Of a stretch of 64,000 nucleotides of DNA, positions 17,647 to 29,969 are shown piece after piece. The position numbers and the translations under genes are program-made. Source of the stretch: Escherichia coli. GTDB lineage: Bacteria > Pseudomonadota > Gammaproteobacteria > Enterobacterales > Enterobacteriaceae. The DNA lies in the NCBI RefSeq assembly GCF_003019035.1, contig NZ_CP027447.1. The stretch is one strand, 5' to 3'. Each line of letters starts with the position of its first letter. Within the stretch, counting starts at the first letter, position 1. The notes beneath the pieces were generated by a model. It was not told the origin of the DNA, searched no databases, and worked only from the letters and a program-made list of their open reading frames with translations.

Positions 17647-20600
17647 ATGGCAGATAATCTAAACCCTTCATCGCCCCTGCCGGACGTGTTTTCACCGGCG
17701 ACCCGCGACTGGTTTCTTCGCGCCTTTAAACAGCCGACCGCTGTCCAGTCGCAAACCTGGCATGTGGCGGCGCGAGGCGAACATGCGCTGGTGATTGCAC
17801 CGACTGGCTCCGGGAAAACGCTGGCAGCATTTCTCTACGCCCTCGATCAGCTCTTCCGCGAAGGCGGCGAAGATACCCGCGAGGCGCATAAGCGTAAAAC
17901 CTCACGCATTCTCTATATTTCACCGATCAAAGCTCTGGGCACCGACGTTCAGCGCAACTTGCAGATCCCGTTACAGGGTATTGCCGATGAACGGCGGCGG
18001 CGCGGCGAAACGGAAGTCAATCTTCGCGTGGCGATCCGTACTGGCGATACGCCTGCACAGGAACGCAGCAAACTCACCCGTAATCCGCCGGATATTCTGA
18101 TCACCACACCCGAATCACTCTATCTGATGCTGACCTCCCGCGCGCGCGAAACGCTACGCGGCGTCGAAACGGTAATTATTGATGAAGTCCACGCGGTAGC
18201 GGGCAGTAAACGTGGTGCGCATCTGGCGTTAAGTCTGGAGCGGCTCGATGCGCTGCTCCACACCTCAGCACAGCGAATTGGCCTTTCTGCCACTGTACGC
18301 TCAGCCAGCGATGTGGCAGCATTTCTTGGTGGCGATCGCCCGGTTACGGTAGTCAACCCGCCCGCAATGCGCCATCCGCAGATACGGATTGTCGTACCGG
18401 TCGCCAATATGGATGATGTCTCATCGGTCGCCAGCGGCACCGGCGAAGACAGCCATGCCAGCCGGGAAGGCTCCATCTGGCCATATATTGAAACGGGTAT
18501 CCTTGATGAAGTTTTGCGCCATCGCTCGACCATTGTCTTTACTAATTCGCGGGGGCTGGCGGAAAAACTGACGGCACGATTGAATGAGCTTTACGCCGCT
18601 CGCTTACAGCGTTCCCCGTCTATCGCCGTTGATGCGGCCCATTTCGAGTCGACCTCCGGCGCAACCTCTAACCGTGTACAAAGTAGCGACATTTTTATTG
18701 CCCGCTCACACCACGGCTCCGTCTCTAAAGAACAACGAGCAATCACCGAACAGGCGCTGAAATCGGGTGAATTACGCTGCGTGGTCGCAACCTCCAGTCT
18801 CGAACTGGGGATTGATATGGGCGCGGTGGATCTGGTGATTCAGGTGGCGACGCCGCTTTCTGTTGCCAGTGGGTTACAACGCATTGGACGTGCCGGACAT
18901 CAGGTTGGCGGTGTATCTAAAGGGCTTTTTTTCCCCCGAACCCGGCGTGACTTAGTCGATTCCGCAGTCATTGTAGAGTGTATGTTCGCAGGCAGGCTGG
19001 AAAACCTGACACCACCGCATAATCCACTCGACGTCCTTGCGCAGCAAACCGTTGCCGCCGCGGCGATGGATGCATTACAGGTAGACGAATGGTACTCCCG
19101 CGTACGCCGTGCCGCACCGTGGAAAGATCTGCCAGGACGTGTTTTTGACGCCACGCTGGATATGCTTTCCGGGCGCTATCCCTCTGGCGATTTTTCTGCT
19201 TTTCGCCCCAAACTAGTCTGGAACAGGGAGACCGGGATATTGACCGCCCGACCTGGCGCTCAATTGTTGGCGGTTACCAGCGGCGGCACCATTCCGGATC
19301 GTGGCATGTATAGCGTGTTATTACCCGAAGGTGAAGAACAGGCCGGTTCGCGGCGGGTGGGTGAACTGGATGAGGAGATGGTATATGAGTCACGGGTGAA
19401 CGATATTATCACTCTTGGCGCAACCTCATGGCGGATCCAGCAAATCACCCGCGATCAGGTGATTGTGACTCCTGCTCCAGGTCGTTCTGCCCGCCTTCCC
19501 TTCTGGCGTGGTGAAGGTAACGGACGTCCGGCAGAATTAGGCGAGATGATCGGCGATTTTCTCCATTTACTGGCGGATGGCGCGTTCTTTTCCGGGACTA
19601 TTCCCCCGTGGTTGGCAGAAGAAAATACGATCGCCAATATTCAGGGGTTGATTGACGAGCAGCGCAACGCGACGGGTATCGTTCCAGGTAGTCGTCATCT
19701 TGTCCTCGAACGGTGCCGTGATGAAATTGGTGACTGGCGTATTATTTTGCACTCTCCCTATGGAAGACGGGTGCATGAACCCTGGGCGCTGGCGATTGCC
19801 GGGCGAATACATGCACTATGGGGCGCTGACGCGTCTGTGGTTGCCAGTGATGACGGCATTGTTGCGCGCATTCCTGACACCGATGGTAAATTGCCTGATG
19901 CCGCGATTTTTTTGTTTGAACCAGAAAAGTTGCTGCAAATTGTCCGCGAGGCGGTAGGCAGCTCGGCACTTTTCGCCGCCCGTTTTCGCGAATGCGCCGC
20001 GCGGGCATTATTAATGCCGGGCCGCACGCCGGGCCATCGCACCCCGCTCTGGCAACAACGACTGCGCGCCAGTCAGTTGCTGGAAATCGCTCAGGGATAT
20101 CCGGATTTTCCGGTCATTCTCGAAACCCTACGCGAATGTCTGCAAGATGTTTATGATCTTCCCGCGCTGGAACGTTTGATGCGTCGCCTGAACGGTGGCG
20201 AAATTCAAATATCCGATGTAACGACCACTACGCCCTCGCCTTTCGCCGCCAGTTTATTGTTCGGCTATGTCGCGGAATTTATGTACCAGAGCGACGCCCC
20301 GCTGGCAGAGCGCCGGGCATCCGTACTGTCGCTGGACAGCGAGTTACTGCGCAATCTACTCGGACAGGTCGAACCGGGGGAATTACTCGACCCGCAGGTC
20401 ATTCGCCAGGTGGAAGAAGAGTTGCAACGACTGGCTCCTGGCAGAAGAGCGAAAGGTGAAGAAGGATTGTTCGACCTGCTGCGCGAACTGGGGCCAATGA
20501 CCGTTGAAGACCTGGCGCAACGGCATACAGGCAGCAGTGAAGAGATTGCGTCGTATCTGGAAAATCTTCTTGCAGTAAAACGAATCTTCCCGACGATGAT

Positions 20601-22263
20601 TAGCGGGCAGGAGCGTCTTGCCTGTATGGATGATGCCGCCAGGCTGCGCGATGCCCTCGGCGTACGACTACCAGAGTCACTGCCAGAGATTTATTTGCAC
20701 CGAGTCAGTTACCCGCTTCGCGACCTCTTTCTGCGCTATCTCCGGGCTCATGCTCTGGTCACGGCTGAACAACTGGCTCATGAGTTTAGTCTCGGTATTG
20801 CCATTGTCGAAGAGCAACTTCAGCAACTGCGCGAACAGGGTCTGGTGATGAATCTGCAACAAGACATCTGGGTGAGCGATGAAGTATTTCGTCGTCTGCG
20901 TTTGCGCTCGCTGCAAGCCGCCAGAGAAGCGACACGTCCCGTTGCGGCCACGACCTATGCGCGATTGCTGCTGGAACGTCAGGGCGTATTACCCGCCACC
21001 GATGGTAGCCCGGCACTCTTTGCCTCAACATCGCCAGGCGTTTATGAGGGCGTGGATGGCGTGATGCGGGTGATCGAACAGCTTGCTGGCGTTGGTTTAC
21101 CCGCCTCACTCTGGGAAAGCCAGATCCTGCCTGCCCGCGTACGCGACTATTCGCCAGAAATGCTCGATGAATTACTGGCAACCGGAGCGGTTATCTGGTC
21201 GGGGCAAAAAAAGCTGGGTGAAGATGACGGCCTGGTGGCACTGCATCTACAGGAATATGCCGCAGAATCGTTCACTCCCGCCGAAGCGGATCAGGCGAAT
21301 CGTTCGGCGCTGCAGCAAGCGATAGTCGCTGTTCTGGCTAACGGAGGAGCCTGGTTTGCACAACAAATCAGCCAACGGATACGCGATAAAATCGGCGAAT
21401 CGGTTGATCCCTCGGCACTGCAAGAGGCGTTATGGGCGCTGGTCTGGCAAGGCGTCATCACCAGCGATATTTGGGCACCGTTACGCGCCCTCACCCGCAG
21501 CAGTTCCAACGCACGCACCTCAACTCGCCGCAGTCACCGGGCTCGTCGTGGGCGTCCTGTCTATGCGCAACCCGTCTCGCCGCTGGTATCTTACAACACA
21601 CCAAAGCTGGCCGGACGCTGGTCGTTATTGCAGGTGGAGCCACTAAACGATACCGAAAGGATGCTGGCGCTGGCGGAAAATATGCTCGACCGCTACGGCA
21701 TCATCAGTCGTCAGGCGGTGATAGCCGAAAATATCCCTGGCGGTTTTCCATCGATGCAAACGCTTTGTCGAAGTATGGAAGACTCCGGGCGAATTATGCG
21801 GGGTCGTTTTGTAGAAGGTCTGGGTGGCGCGCAATTCGCTGAACGTCTGACTATTGACCGATTGCGTGACCTGGCGACACAAACCGCGCAAACGCGCCAC
21901 TATACACCAGTGGCGCTCTCCGCCAACGATCCGGCTAATGTGTGGGGAAATCTTCTGCCCTGGCCTGCACATCCGGCAACGCTGGTTCCAACGCGTCGGG
22001 CGGGTGCGCTGGTGGTCGTTTCTGGCGGCAAATTGTTACTTTATCTGGCGCAAGGTGGCAAAAAAATGCTGGTCTGGCAGGAAAAAGAGGAATTACTCGC
22101 CCCAGAGGTTTTCCACGCGCTGACTACCGCACTGCGTCGCGAACCACGGCTGCGCTTTACGCTGACAGAAGTGAATGATCTACCAGTCCGACAAACGCCG
22201 ATGTTTACGCTGCTGCGTGAGGCGGGATTTTCAAGTTCGCCACAAGGGCTGGATTGGGGATAG
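17647..22263 (+). CDS. lhr: large ATP-dependent helicase Lhr
   Basis: 1538 aa; Walker A APTGSGKT, DEVH box. Confidence 0.95.
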   Translation: MADNLNPSSPLPDVFSPATRDWFLRAFKQPTAVQSQTWHVAARGEHALVIAPTGSGKTLAAFLYALDQLFREGGEDTREAHKRKTSRILYISPIKALGTDVQRNLQIPLQGIADERRRRGETEVNLRVAIRTGDTPAQERSKLTRNPPDILITTPESLYLMLTSRARETLRGVETVIIDEVHAVAGSKRGAHLALSLERLDALLHTSAQRIGLSATVRSASDVAAFLGGDRPVTVVNPPAMRHPQIRIVVPVANMDDVSSVASGTGEDSHASREGSIWPYIETGILDEVLRHRSTIVFTNSRGLAEKLTARLNELYAARLQRSPSIAVDAAHFESTSGATSNRVQSSDIFIARSHHGSVSKEQRAITEQALKSGELRCVVATSSLELGIDMGAVDLVIQVATPLSVASGLQRIGRAGHQVGGVSKGLFFPRTRRDLVDSAVIVECMFAGRLENLTPPHNPLDVLAQQTVAAAAMDALQVDEWYSRVRRAAPWKDLPGRVFDATLDMLSGRYPSGDFSAFRPKLVWNRETGILTARPGAQLLAVTSGGTIPDRGMYSVLLPEGEEQAGSRRVGELDEEMVYESRVNDIITLGATSWRIQQITRDQVIVTPAPGRSARLPFWRGEGNGRPAELGEMIGDFLHLLADGAFFSGTIPPWLAEENTIANIQGLIDEQRNATGIVPGSRHLVLERCRDEIGDWRIILHSPYGRRVHEPWALAIAGRIHALWGADASVVASDDGIVARIPDTDGKLPDAAIFLFEPEKLLQIVREAVGSSALFAARFRECAARALLMPGRTPGHRTPLWQQRLRASQLLEIAQGYPDFPVILETLRECLQDVYDLPALERLMRRLNGGEIQISDVTTTTPSPFAASLLFGYVAEFMYQSDAPLAERRASVLSLDSELLRNLLGQVEPGELLDPQVIRQVEEELQRLAPGRRAKGEEGLFDLLRELGPMTVEDLAQRHTGSSEEIASYLENLLAVKRIFPTMISGQERLACMDDAARLRDALGVRLPESLPEIYLHRVSYPLRDLFLRYLRAHALVTAEQLAHEFSLGIAIVEEQLQQLREQGLVMNLQQDIWVSDEVFRRLRLRSLQAAREATRPVAATTYARLLLERQGVLPATDGSPALFASTSPGVYEGVDGVMRVIEQLAGVGLPASLWESQILPARVRDYSPEMLDELLATGAVIWSGQKKLGEDDGLVALHLQEYAAESFTPAEADQANRSALQQAIVAVLANGGAWFAQQISQRIRDKIGESVDPSALQEALWALVWQGVITSDIWAPLRALTRSSSNARTSTRRSHRARRGRPVYAQPVSPLVSYNTPKLAGRWSLLQVEPLNDTERMLALAENMLDRYGIISRQAVIAENIPGGFPSMQTLCRSMEDSGRIMRGRFVEGLGGAQFAERLTIDRLRDLATQTAQTRHYTPVALSANDPANVWGNLLPWPAHPATLVPTRRAGALVVVSGGKLLLYLAQGGKKMLVWQEKEELLAPEVFHALTTALRREPRLRFTLTEVNDLPVRQTPMFTLLREAGFSSSPQGLDWG

Positions 22264-22313
22264 ATAAAGAACTGACGGATGCCCGTTCGCATCCGTCAGT
22301 ATTGCAGGACGGA

Positions 22314-22661
22314 TTATTCCGCGTCCGGCTCTTCAGACTTGTATTTAGCGGCAGTTTCTTTGATCAGCTGCTGCAGTTCGCCACGCTGATACATTTCGAT
22401 CACGATATCACAACCGCCGACCAGCTCGCCGTCAACCCACAGTTGCGGGAAAGTCGGCCAGTTAGCATATTTCGGCAGTTCCGCACGAATGTCCGGATTC
22501 TGCAGGATATCAACATAGGCAAAACGTTCGCCACATGCGGCAAGCGCCTGGACTGCCTGGGCAGAGAAACCGCAGCTCGGCAGTTTCGGTGAACCTTTCA
22601 TGTACAGCAGGATCGGGTTTTCAGCAATCTGGCGTTGGATTTTTTCGATAGTGGTGCTCAT
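22314..22661 (-). CDS. grxD: monothiol glutaredoxin Grx4
   Basis: 115 aa; CGFS active site. Confidence 0.95.
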   Translation of the reverse strand: MSTTIEKIQRQIAENPILLYMKGSPKLPSCGFSAQAVQALAACGERFAYVDILQNPDIRAELPKYANWPTFPQLWVDGELVGGCDIVIEMYQRGELQQLIKETAAKYKSEEPDAE

Positions 22662-22995
22662 TGTCTTGCTTCCTCAAACTTCTTTACGGCAGTAATCTGA
22701 CATTGTAGCGGGTCAGTGCGGCATCGGAAAATAACATTTTCATCACGCTTTTGCTATTTTATCCCTTTGTTCTATTTGTTGCATTTCAAATATTCGTTTC
22801 TTCCCTTATGCACGGCAAACTGGCGTGTTTATAACCATTTTTAGCTTTCACTGCTGCATTTTTTTGCGCTCGCCGACGAAACGTATTTTTTAACAATAAA
22901 AGCTATTAACTTTCTCTTCTTCTATGCATTAGAATCATCAAGTTTTGTAAATCAGACGCAGGCATGATAGACCTGCCTTAACAGAGGGACGCTCA

Positions 22996-23823
22996 GTGGC
23001 GCGGATAAACCGTATTTCGATCACGCTCTGTGCTTTACTTTTTACCACCCTGCCTTTAACGCCTATGGCCCATGCTTCAAAGCAAGCCAGGGAGAGTTCT
23101 GCTACCACTCATATCACCAAAAAAGCAGATAAAAAGAAAAGCACGGCAACCACCAAAAAGACCCAGAAAGCCAGCCAGAAAACAGCGAAAAAAGCCGCCA
23201 GTAAAAGTACGATCAAAAGCAAAACCGCTTCTTCCGTTAAAAAATCTTCCATTACCGCTTCTAAAAACGCCAAAACTCGCAGCAAACACGCCGTCAATAA
23301 AACGGCCTCAGCCAACTTTACCGAAAAGTGTACCAAACGTAAGGGCTATAAATCGCATTGTGTGAAAGTCAAAACTGCCGCGTCAGGAACCCTTGCCGAC
23401 GCGCACAAAGCGAAGGTGCAAAAAGCCACGAAAGTGGCAATGAATAAACTGATGCAGCAAATTGGTAAGCCATATCGTTGGGGCGGCAGCTCACCGCGTA
23501 CCGGTTTTGATTGCAGCGGCCTGGTTTATTACGCTTATAAAGATTTGGTGAAAATTCGTATTCCGCGTACGGCGAATGAAATGTATCACCTGCGAGATGC
23601 AGCGCCAATCGAACGTAGTGAACTGAAAAACGGCGACCTGGTCTTTTTCCGTACTCAGGGACGCGGTACAGCCGATCATGTCGGCGTATATGTCGGCAAC
23701 GGCAAATTTATTCAGTCACCGCGTACGGGTCAGGAAATTCAAATCACTTCTCTCAGTGAAGACTACTGGCAGCGCCACTATGTTGGCGCTCGCCGGGTAA
23801 TGACCCCAAAAACACTTCGCTAA
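22996..23823 (+). CDS. mepH: NlpC/P60 peptidoglycan endopeptidase MepH (YdhO)
   Basis: Signal peptide, K/T/A-rich linker, C-terminal NlpC/P60 domain (GFDCSGLV...H). Confidence 0.9.
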   Translation: MARINRISITLCALLFTTLPLTPMAHASKQARESSATTHITKKADKKKSTATTKKTQKASQKTAKKAASKSTIKSKTASSVKKSSITASKNAKTRSKHAVNKTASANFTEKCTKRKGYKSHCVKVKTAASGTLADAHKAKVQKATKVAMNKLMQQIGKPYRWGGSSPRTGFDCSGLVYYAYKDLVKIRIPRTANEMYHLRDAAPIERSELKNGDLVFFRTQGRGTADHVGVYVGNGKFIQSPRTGQEIQITSLSEDYWQRHYVGARRVMTPKTLR

Positions 23824-23950
23824 AACTTTACCCTGTTGTTACGGCAACAGGGTAAGTTCATCTTTTGTCTCACCTTTTAATTTGCTACCCTATCCATACG
23901 CACAATAAGGCTATTGTACGTATGCAAATTAATAATAAAGGAGAGTAGCA

Positions 23951-24532
23951 ATGTCATTCGAATTACCTGCACTACCATATGCTAAAGATGCTCTGGCACC
24001 GCACATTTCTGCGGAAACCATCGAGTATCACTACGGCAAGCATCATCAGACTTATGTGACTAACCTGAACAACCTGATTAAAGGTACCGCGTTTGAAGGT
24101 AAATCACTGGAAGAGATTATTCGCAGCTCTGAAGGTGGCGTATTCAACAACGCAGCTCAGGTCTGGAACCATACTTTCTACTGGAACTGCCTGGCACCGA
24201 ACGCGGGTGGCGAACCGACTGGAAAAGTCGCTGAAGCTATCGCCGCATCTTTTGGCAGCTTTGCCGATTTCAAAGCTCAGTTTACTGATGCAGCGATCAA
24301 AAACTTTGGTTCTGGCTGGACCTGGCTGGTGAAAAACAGCGATGGCAAGCTGGCTATCGTTTCAACCTCTAACGCGGGTACTCCACTGACCACCGATGCA
24401 ACTCCGCTGCTGACCGTTGATGTCTGGGAACACGCTTATTACATCGACTATCGCAATGCACGTCCTGGCTATCTGGAGCACTTCTGGGCGCTGGTGAACT
24501 GGGAATTCGTAGCGAAAAATCTCGCTGCATAA
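23951..24532 (+). CDS. sodB: Fe superoxide dismutase
   Basis: 193 aa; [20 protein letters not shown] matches SodB. Confidence 0.96.
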   Translation: MSFELPALPYAKDALAPHISAETIEYHYGKHHQTYVTNLNNLIKGTAFEGKSLEEIIRSSEGGVFNNAAQVWNHTFYWNCLAPNAGGEPTGKVAEAIAASFGSFADFKAQFTDAAIKNFGSGWTWLVKNSDGKLAIVSTSNAGTPLTTDATPLLTVDVWEHAYYIDYRNARPGYLEHFWALVNWEFVAKNLAA

Positions 24533-24540
24533 TAACTGAT

Positions 24541-24625
24541 GGCAAATGCAGCATTGCCTGATGCGCTTCGCTTACCATGCCAACACGGATGAGTCGTTAA
24601 CACCGCATCCGGCAAGATAAATCGC
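24541..24625. repeat. REP-like palindromic element downstream of sodB
   Basis: gcctgatgcgcttcgc ... ccgcatccggcaag resembles REP consensus halves. Confidence 0.4.
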
Positions 24626-24643
24626 ACGTTGCCAGCAACTGTA

Positions 24644-24672
24644 ACGCAGAAGGTTATCCTTCTGCGTTTTTG
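24644..24672 (+). terminator. intrinsic terminator between sodB and ydhP
   Basis: gcagaagg / ccttctgc stem followed by a T-rich run. Confidence 0.55.
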
Positions 24673-24677
24673 TTTAA

Positions 24678-25847
24678 TTAGCTGTTGGCAACGCAAACTG
24701 TTTCAGGTTGTTTTCTGGCTGACATAAACACCAGCAATAATGCCAGTCCCGCGACAATCGCCCCCATCACCGGCACAAAGCTGTATCCCAGCCCAGCAGA
24801 AATTACCGCACCACCAGCAGCTGCTCCCAGCGCATTTCCAAGATTAAAGGCACCAATATTGACTGATGAAGACAGACCTGGCGCTTCACTGGCGACACGC
24901 ATCACGCGCATCTGTAACGGCGGTACGACCGCAAAGGTTGCAGCGCCCCACACCACCATGCTAATAGCTGCGCCGAACTCATTGCGGGCCAGGAACGGGA
25001 TTGCCAGCATAATCACCATCAGCAGCAACAAAAAGCCTTTCAACGTGCCGTTAACTGAACGATCTGCCAGTTTGCCGCCGAGATAGTTACCGATAGAGAA
25101 TCCGACACCAATCAGCACCAGCATTGCTGTGACGAACACCGGTGTTGCGTGGGTAATACTTTGCAGTACCGGAGAGATATAGGTGTAGAGGGTAAACATT
25201 GCACCAGCTCCCAGTACCGTCGTCAGCAATGCAGACCGCACCTGCGGACGCATTAATACCGCCAGCTCTTTTTTCACTTCAGGTCGTGCCCCTGCACCAC
25301 CTTTAGGTAATGAGAAGAACAGACTTACCATTGAAATCACGCCCAGCCCCGCCGTTGCCAGAAATGACATCCGCCAGCCGATGGTTTCACCCAACCAGGT
25401 CGCCGCCGGCACGCCACCGATATTTGCCAGGGTTAACCCCATAAACATAGTGGCAACTGCGCTGGCCTGTTTATGTTTTGGCACCACGCTTGCGGCCACG
25501 ACTGAACCCAAACCAAAAAATGCTCCGTGATTCAGGCTGGTCAAAATGCGAGAAAGCATCAGGGTCATATAATCCGGCGCGATGGCGGAAAGTACGTTGC
25601 CGAGCGTGAAAATCGCCATCAGGAAAATCAACGCACTGCGGCGGGCACGATGAGAAAGTAGAAGCGTCATCAGCGGCGCGCCCACCATTACGCCAACTGC
25701 ATAGGCACTGATTAACATTCCGGCAGCGGGAATCGAGACATCTACACCGCGCGCAATGACGGGCAACAAGCCCATTGGCGAGAACTCCGTTGTCCCGATA
25801 CCAAACGCGCCAATCGCCAGCGCCAGCAACGGATAGTTAATTTTCAT
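24678..25847 (-). CDS. ydhP: MFS transporter YdhP
   Basis: 389 aa, 12-TM MFS-like. Confidence 0.9.
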   Translation of the reverse strand: MKINYPLLALAIGAFGIGTTEFSPMGLLPVIARGVDVSIPAAGMLISAYAVGVMVGAPLMTLLLSHRARRSALIFLMAIFTLGNVLSAIAPDYMTLMLSRILTSLNHGAFFGLGSVVAASVVPKHKQASAVATMFMGLTLANIGGVPAATWLGETIGWRMSFLATAGLGVISMVSLFFSLPKGGAGARPEVKKELAVLMRPQVRSALLTTVLGAGAMFTLYTYISPVLQSITHATPVFVTAMLVLIGVGFSIGNYLGGKLADRSVNGTLKGFLLLLMVIMLAIPFLARNEFGAAISMVVWGAATFAVVPPLQMRVMRVASEAPGLSSSVNIGAFNLGNALGAAAGGAVISAGLGYSFVPVMGAIVAGLALLLVFMSARKQPETVCVANS

Positions 25848-26012
25848 GCCTTATCTCCACCTCTTCGCGTCATTACGCGATATTCATTAAAGTGGCGAAA
25901 GCATGACAGCAATCACAAAAAAATGAAAATAACAAAAAGAGAAAACACTTTTGCCATTTTGCTAACAAACAGGAAGGAGATGCGAGGGAGAGCGCGCTCC
26001 CTCGAGAGGAAA

Positions 26013-26102
26013 TCAGTGCAGCGCGGCAGTCAAACCCACGGCCACGATCAAACCGAGGACGATAATCGTTGTTACCAGTGAAAATTTAAGGTCGGTGCTC
26101 AT
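26013..26102 (-). CDS. ynhF: small membrane protein YnhF (29 aa)
   Basis: Minus-strand translation MSTDLKFSLVTTIIVLGLIVAVGLTAALH; below the track length cut-off, found by hand. Confidence 0.6.
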   Translation of the reverse strand: MSTDLKFSLVTTIIVLGLIVAVGLTAALH

Positions 26103-26400
26103 CAAGTTTTCTCCTTTTTTATTACCACACAAAAAGTGATATTACGCATTTTTACACACTGTGATGAAAAAATCTCCCGTCATTTATAATGATAAGTGTT
26201 TTTACCACTTCCCCTTTTCGTCAAGATCGGCCAAAATTCCACGCTTACACTATTTGCGTACTGGCCATTGACCCCTTCCTGACGCTCCGTGTCGTTTTTC
26301 CGGCGTACCGCAACACTTTTGTTGTGCGTAAGGTGTGTAAAGGCAAACGTTTACCTTGCGATTTTGCAGGAGCTGAAGTTAGGGTCTGGAGTGAAATGGA

Positions 26401-27426
26401 ATGGCAACAATAAAAGATGTAGCGAAACGAGCAAACGTTTCCACTACAACTGTGTCACACGTGATCAACAAAACACGTTTCGTCGCTGAAGAAACGCGCA
26501 ACGCCGTGTGGGCAGCGATTAAAGAATTACACTACTCCCCTAGCGCGGTGGCGCGTAGCCTGAAGGTTAACCACACTAAGTCTATCGGTTTGCTGGCGAC
26601 CAGCAGCGAAGCGGCCTATTTTGCCGAGATCATTGAAGCGGTTGAAAAAAATTGCTTCCAGAAAGGTTACACCCTGATTCTGGGTAATGCGTGGAACAAT
26701 CTTGAGAAACAGCGGGCTTATCTGTCGATGATGGCGCAAAAACGCGTCGATGGTCTGCTGGTGATGTGTTCTGAGTACCCAGAGCCGTTGCTGGCGATGC
26801 TGGAAGAGTATCGCCATATCCCAATGGTGGTAATGGACTGGGGTGAAGCAAAAGCTGACTTCACCGATGCGGTCATTGATAACGCGTTCGAAGGCGGCTA
26901 CATGGCCGGGCGTTATCTGATTGAACGCGGTCACCGCGAAATCGGCGTTATCCCCGGCCCGCTGGAACGTAACACTGGCGCAGGCCGCCTTGCCGGTTTT
27001 ATGAAGGCGATGGAAGAAGCGATGATCAAGGTGCCGGAAAGCTGGATTGTACAGGGTGACTTTGAACCTGAATCCGGTTATCGCGCCATGCAGCAAATAC
27101 TGTCGCAGCCGCATCGCCCTACTGCCGTCTTCTGTGGTGGCGATATCATGGCAATGGGCGCACTTTGTGCTGCTGATGAAATGGGTCTGCGCGTGCCGCA
27201 GGATGTTTCGCTGATCGGTTATGATAACGTGCGCAACGCCCGCTATTTTACGCCGGCGCTGACCACGATCCATCAGCCAAAAGATTCGCTGGGTGAAACA
27301 GCGTTCAACATGCTGTTGGATCGTATCGTCAACAAACGTGAAGAACCGCAGTCCATTGAAGTGCATCCGCGCTTGATTGAACGCCGCTCCGTGGCTGACG
27401 GCCCGTTCCGCGACTATCGTCGTTAA
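26401..27426 (+). CDS. purR: purine repressor (LacI family)
   Basis: 341 aa; N-terminus [23 protein letters not shown]. Confidence 0.96.
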
Positions 27427-28355
27427 TCACCCGTTGCGGGAGTCTCTTCCGGCTCCCGCAGCCACTCCTTATTCAGCGTCTCACTATCGCCGAGATACTC
27501 AAGCAACCAGGTTAACGCAGGCGACATATCATTTTGCTGCCATGTCAGACAACATGCCGAATCCGGAAAGGGGTTTTCCAGTTCTAATGCTACCCACTTC
27601 CCCTCATTAAGCCACGGTTTGGCGAAATGTGTTGGCACCATCCCTATGCATAATCCTGCCGAGATACAGGTTGCCGATGATTCCCAGTCAGGCACGACAA
27701 GTCTTTTTTGGTTATCCAGCAACCAGGTAATACGTTTAGGTAGCGTTCGCGAGGTGTCTTCGCGCACCAATGACGGCCAGTTGCGCAACGTATCATCGCT
27801 GAACGGGCCATCCATCAACGCCAGCGGGTGGTGACTGGCAACAACGCAACTCCAGCTTAGCATCCCCATATCCCGGAAGGCATAACGACCACCTACCGGA
27901 ATCGCGCGTGTTGCGCCAATCGCCAGTTCCACGCGCCCGTCGGAAAGCGCATCCCAGACACCATTGAACACTTCCTGAAAGACAAGAAGTTCGACATCAT
28001 CAAAATGGCGATAAAAATCAACGATCATCTGCCGTGTACGTTCTGGCCTGACAATATTATCCACTGCGATAGCTAACTGACCGCGCCAGCCGTTCGCTAT
28101 CTGCTGACATTGCTGCCGGGTGATCTGCATTTTTTTGACAACAGAGCGCCCTTCTTTGAGAAACCACGCCCCGGCAGCGGTCAGTTCCACATCACGGTGA
28201 CGTCGTTCAAACAGCGGCACCGCCAGCCACTCTTCCAGCTGACGCACGGTATAGCTGACCGCAGAAGGAACGCGATGCAACTCCTGTGCCGCAGCGCTAA
28301 AACTACCATTACGCGCTACCGCATCAACAACTTCGAGTGAATATTCTGACCACAT
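27423..28355 (-). CDS. punR: LysR-family regulator PunR (YdhB)
   Basis: 310 aa LysR-type, divergent from punC. Confidence 0.9.
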
Positions 28356-28467
28356 AGTCTGCCTGCAAAATTTTTGAAACCAGTCATCAAATATTACCGT
28401 TTCACAACACTAATTTCACTCCCTACACTTTGCGGCGGTGTTTAATTGAGAGATTTAGAGAATATAC

Positions 28468-29679
28468 ATGCAACCTGGGAAAAGATTTTTAGTCTGGCTG
28501 GCGGGTTTGAGCGTACTCGGTTTTCTGGCAACCGATATGTATCTGCCTGCTTTCGCCGCCATACAGGCCGACCTGCAAACGCCTGCGTCTGCTGTCAGTG
28601 CCAGCCTTAGTCTGTTCCTTGCCGGTTTTGCCGCAGCCCAGCTTCTGTGGGGGCCGCTCTCCGACCGTTATGGTCGTAAACCGGTATTATTCATCGGCCT
28701 GACAATTTTTGCGTTAGGTAGTCTGGGGATGCTGTGGGTAGAAAACGCCGCTACGCTGCTGGTATTGCGTTTTGTACAGGCTGTAGGTGTCTGCGCCGCG
28801 GCGGTTATCTGGCAAGCGTTAGTGACGGATTATTATCCTTCACAGAAAGTTAACCGTATTTTTGCGACCATCATGCCGCTGGTGGGTCTATCTCCGGCAC
28901 TGGCTCCTCTGTTAGGAAGCTGGCTGCTGGTCCATTTTTCCTGGCAGGCGATTTTCGCCACCCTGTTTGCCATTACCGTGGTGCTGATTCTGCCTATTTT
29001 CTGGCTCAAACCCACGACGAAGGCCCGTAACAATAGTCAGGATGGTCTGACCTTTACCGACCTGCTACGTTCTAAAACCTATCGCGGCAACGTGCTGATA
29101 TATGCGGCCTGTTCAGCCAGTTTTTTTGCATGGCTGACCGGCTCACCGTTCATCCTTAGTGAAATGGGCTACAGCCCGGCAGTTATTGGTTTAAGTTATG
29201 TCCCGCAAACTATCGCGTTTCTGATTGGTGGTTATGGCTGTCGCGCCGCGCTGCAGAAATGGCAAGGCAAGCAGTTATTACCGTGGTTGCTGGTACTGTT
29301 TGCTGTCAGCGTCATTGCGACCTGGGCTGCGGGCTTCATTAGCCATGTGTCGCTGGTCGAAATCCTGATCCCATTCTGTGTGATGGCGATTGCCAACGGT
29401 GCGATCTACCCGATTGTTGTCGCCCAGGCGCTGCGTCCCTTCCCACATGCAACTGGTCGCGCCGCAGCGTTGCAGAACACTCTGCAACTGGGTCTGTGCT
29501 TCCTCGCAAGTCTGGTAGTTTCCTGGCTTATCAGTATCAGCACGCCATTGCTCACCACCACCAGCGTGATGTTATCAACAGTAGTGCTGGTCGCTCTGGG
29601 TTACATGATGCAACGTTGTGAAGAAGTTGGCTGCCAGAATCATGGCAATGCCGAAGTCGCTCATAGCGAATCACACTGA
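28468..29679 (+). CDS. punC: MFS purine nucleoside transporter PunC (YdhC)
   Basis: 403 aa, 12-TM MFS. Confidence 0.9.
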   Translation: MQPGKRFLVWLAGLSVLGFLATDMYLPAFAAIQADLQTPASAVSASLSLFLAGFAAAQLLWGPLSDRYGRKPVLFIGLTIFALGSLGMLWVENAATLLVLRFVQAVGVCAAAVIWQALVTDYYPSQKVNRIFATIMPLVGLSPALAPLLGSWLLVHFSWQAIFATLFAITVVLILPIFWLKPTTKARNNSQDGLTFTDLLRSKTYRGNVLIYAACSASFFAWLTGSPFILSEMGYSPAVIGLSYVPQTIAFLIGGYGCRAALQKWQGKQLLPWLLVLFAVSVIATWAAGFISHVSLVEILIPFCVMAIANGAIYPIVVAQALRPFPHATGRAAALQNTLQLGLCFLASLVVSWLISISTPLLTTTSVMLSTVVLVALGYMMQRCEEVGCQNHGNAEVAHSESH

Positions 29680-29969
29680 TCTATATCGATATACTTATAC
29701 TTAGGCTGCTAACAAAATTTTGTTGTATGATTGAAATTAGCGGCCTATACTAATTTCGAGTTGTTAAAGCTACGATAAATATTATGTTTTTACGGGGACA
29801 GGATCGTTCCCGACTCACTATGGATGGTCATTTCGGCAAGGGTTCCTCCTTTCCCTCTGTTCTACGTCGGATTATAGACTCGCGGTTTTTTCTGCGAGAT
29901 TTCTCACAAAGCCCAAAAAGCGTCTACGCTGTTTTAAGGTTCTGATCACCGACCAGTGATGGAGAAACT

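Noticed and set aside
23072-23365. Lys/Pro-rich alternative-frame ORFs and possible repeat array
   Set aside because: Lie within the low-complexity K/T/A-rich linker of MepH; a native feature of this gene, not CRISPR or tandem repeats.
26527-27366. 279-aa minus-strand ORF
   Set aside because: Antisense to purR.
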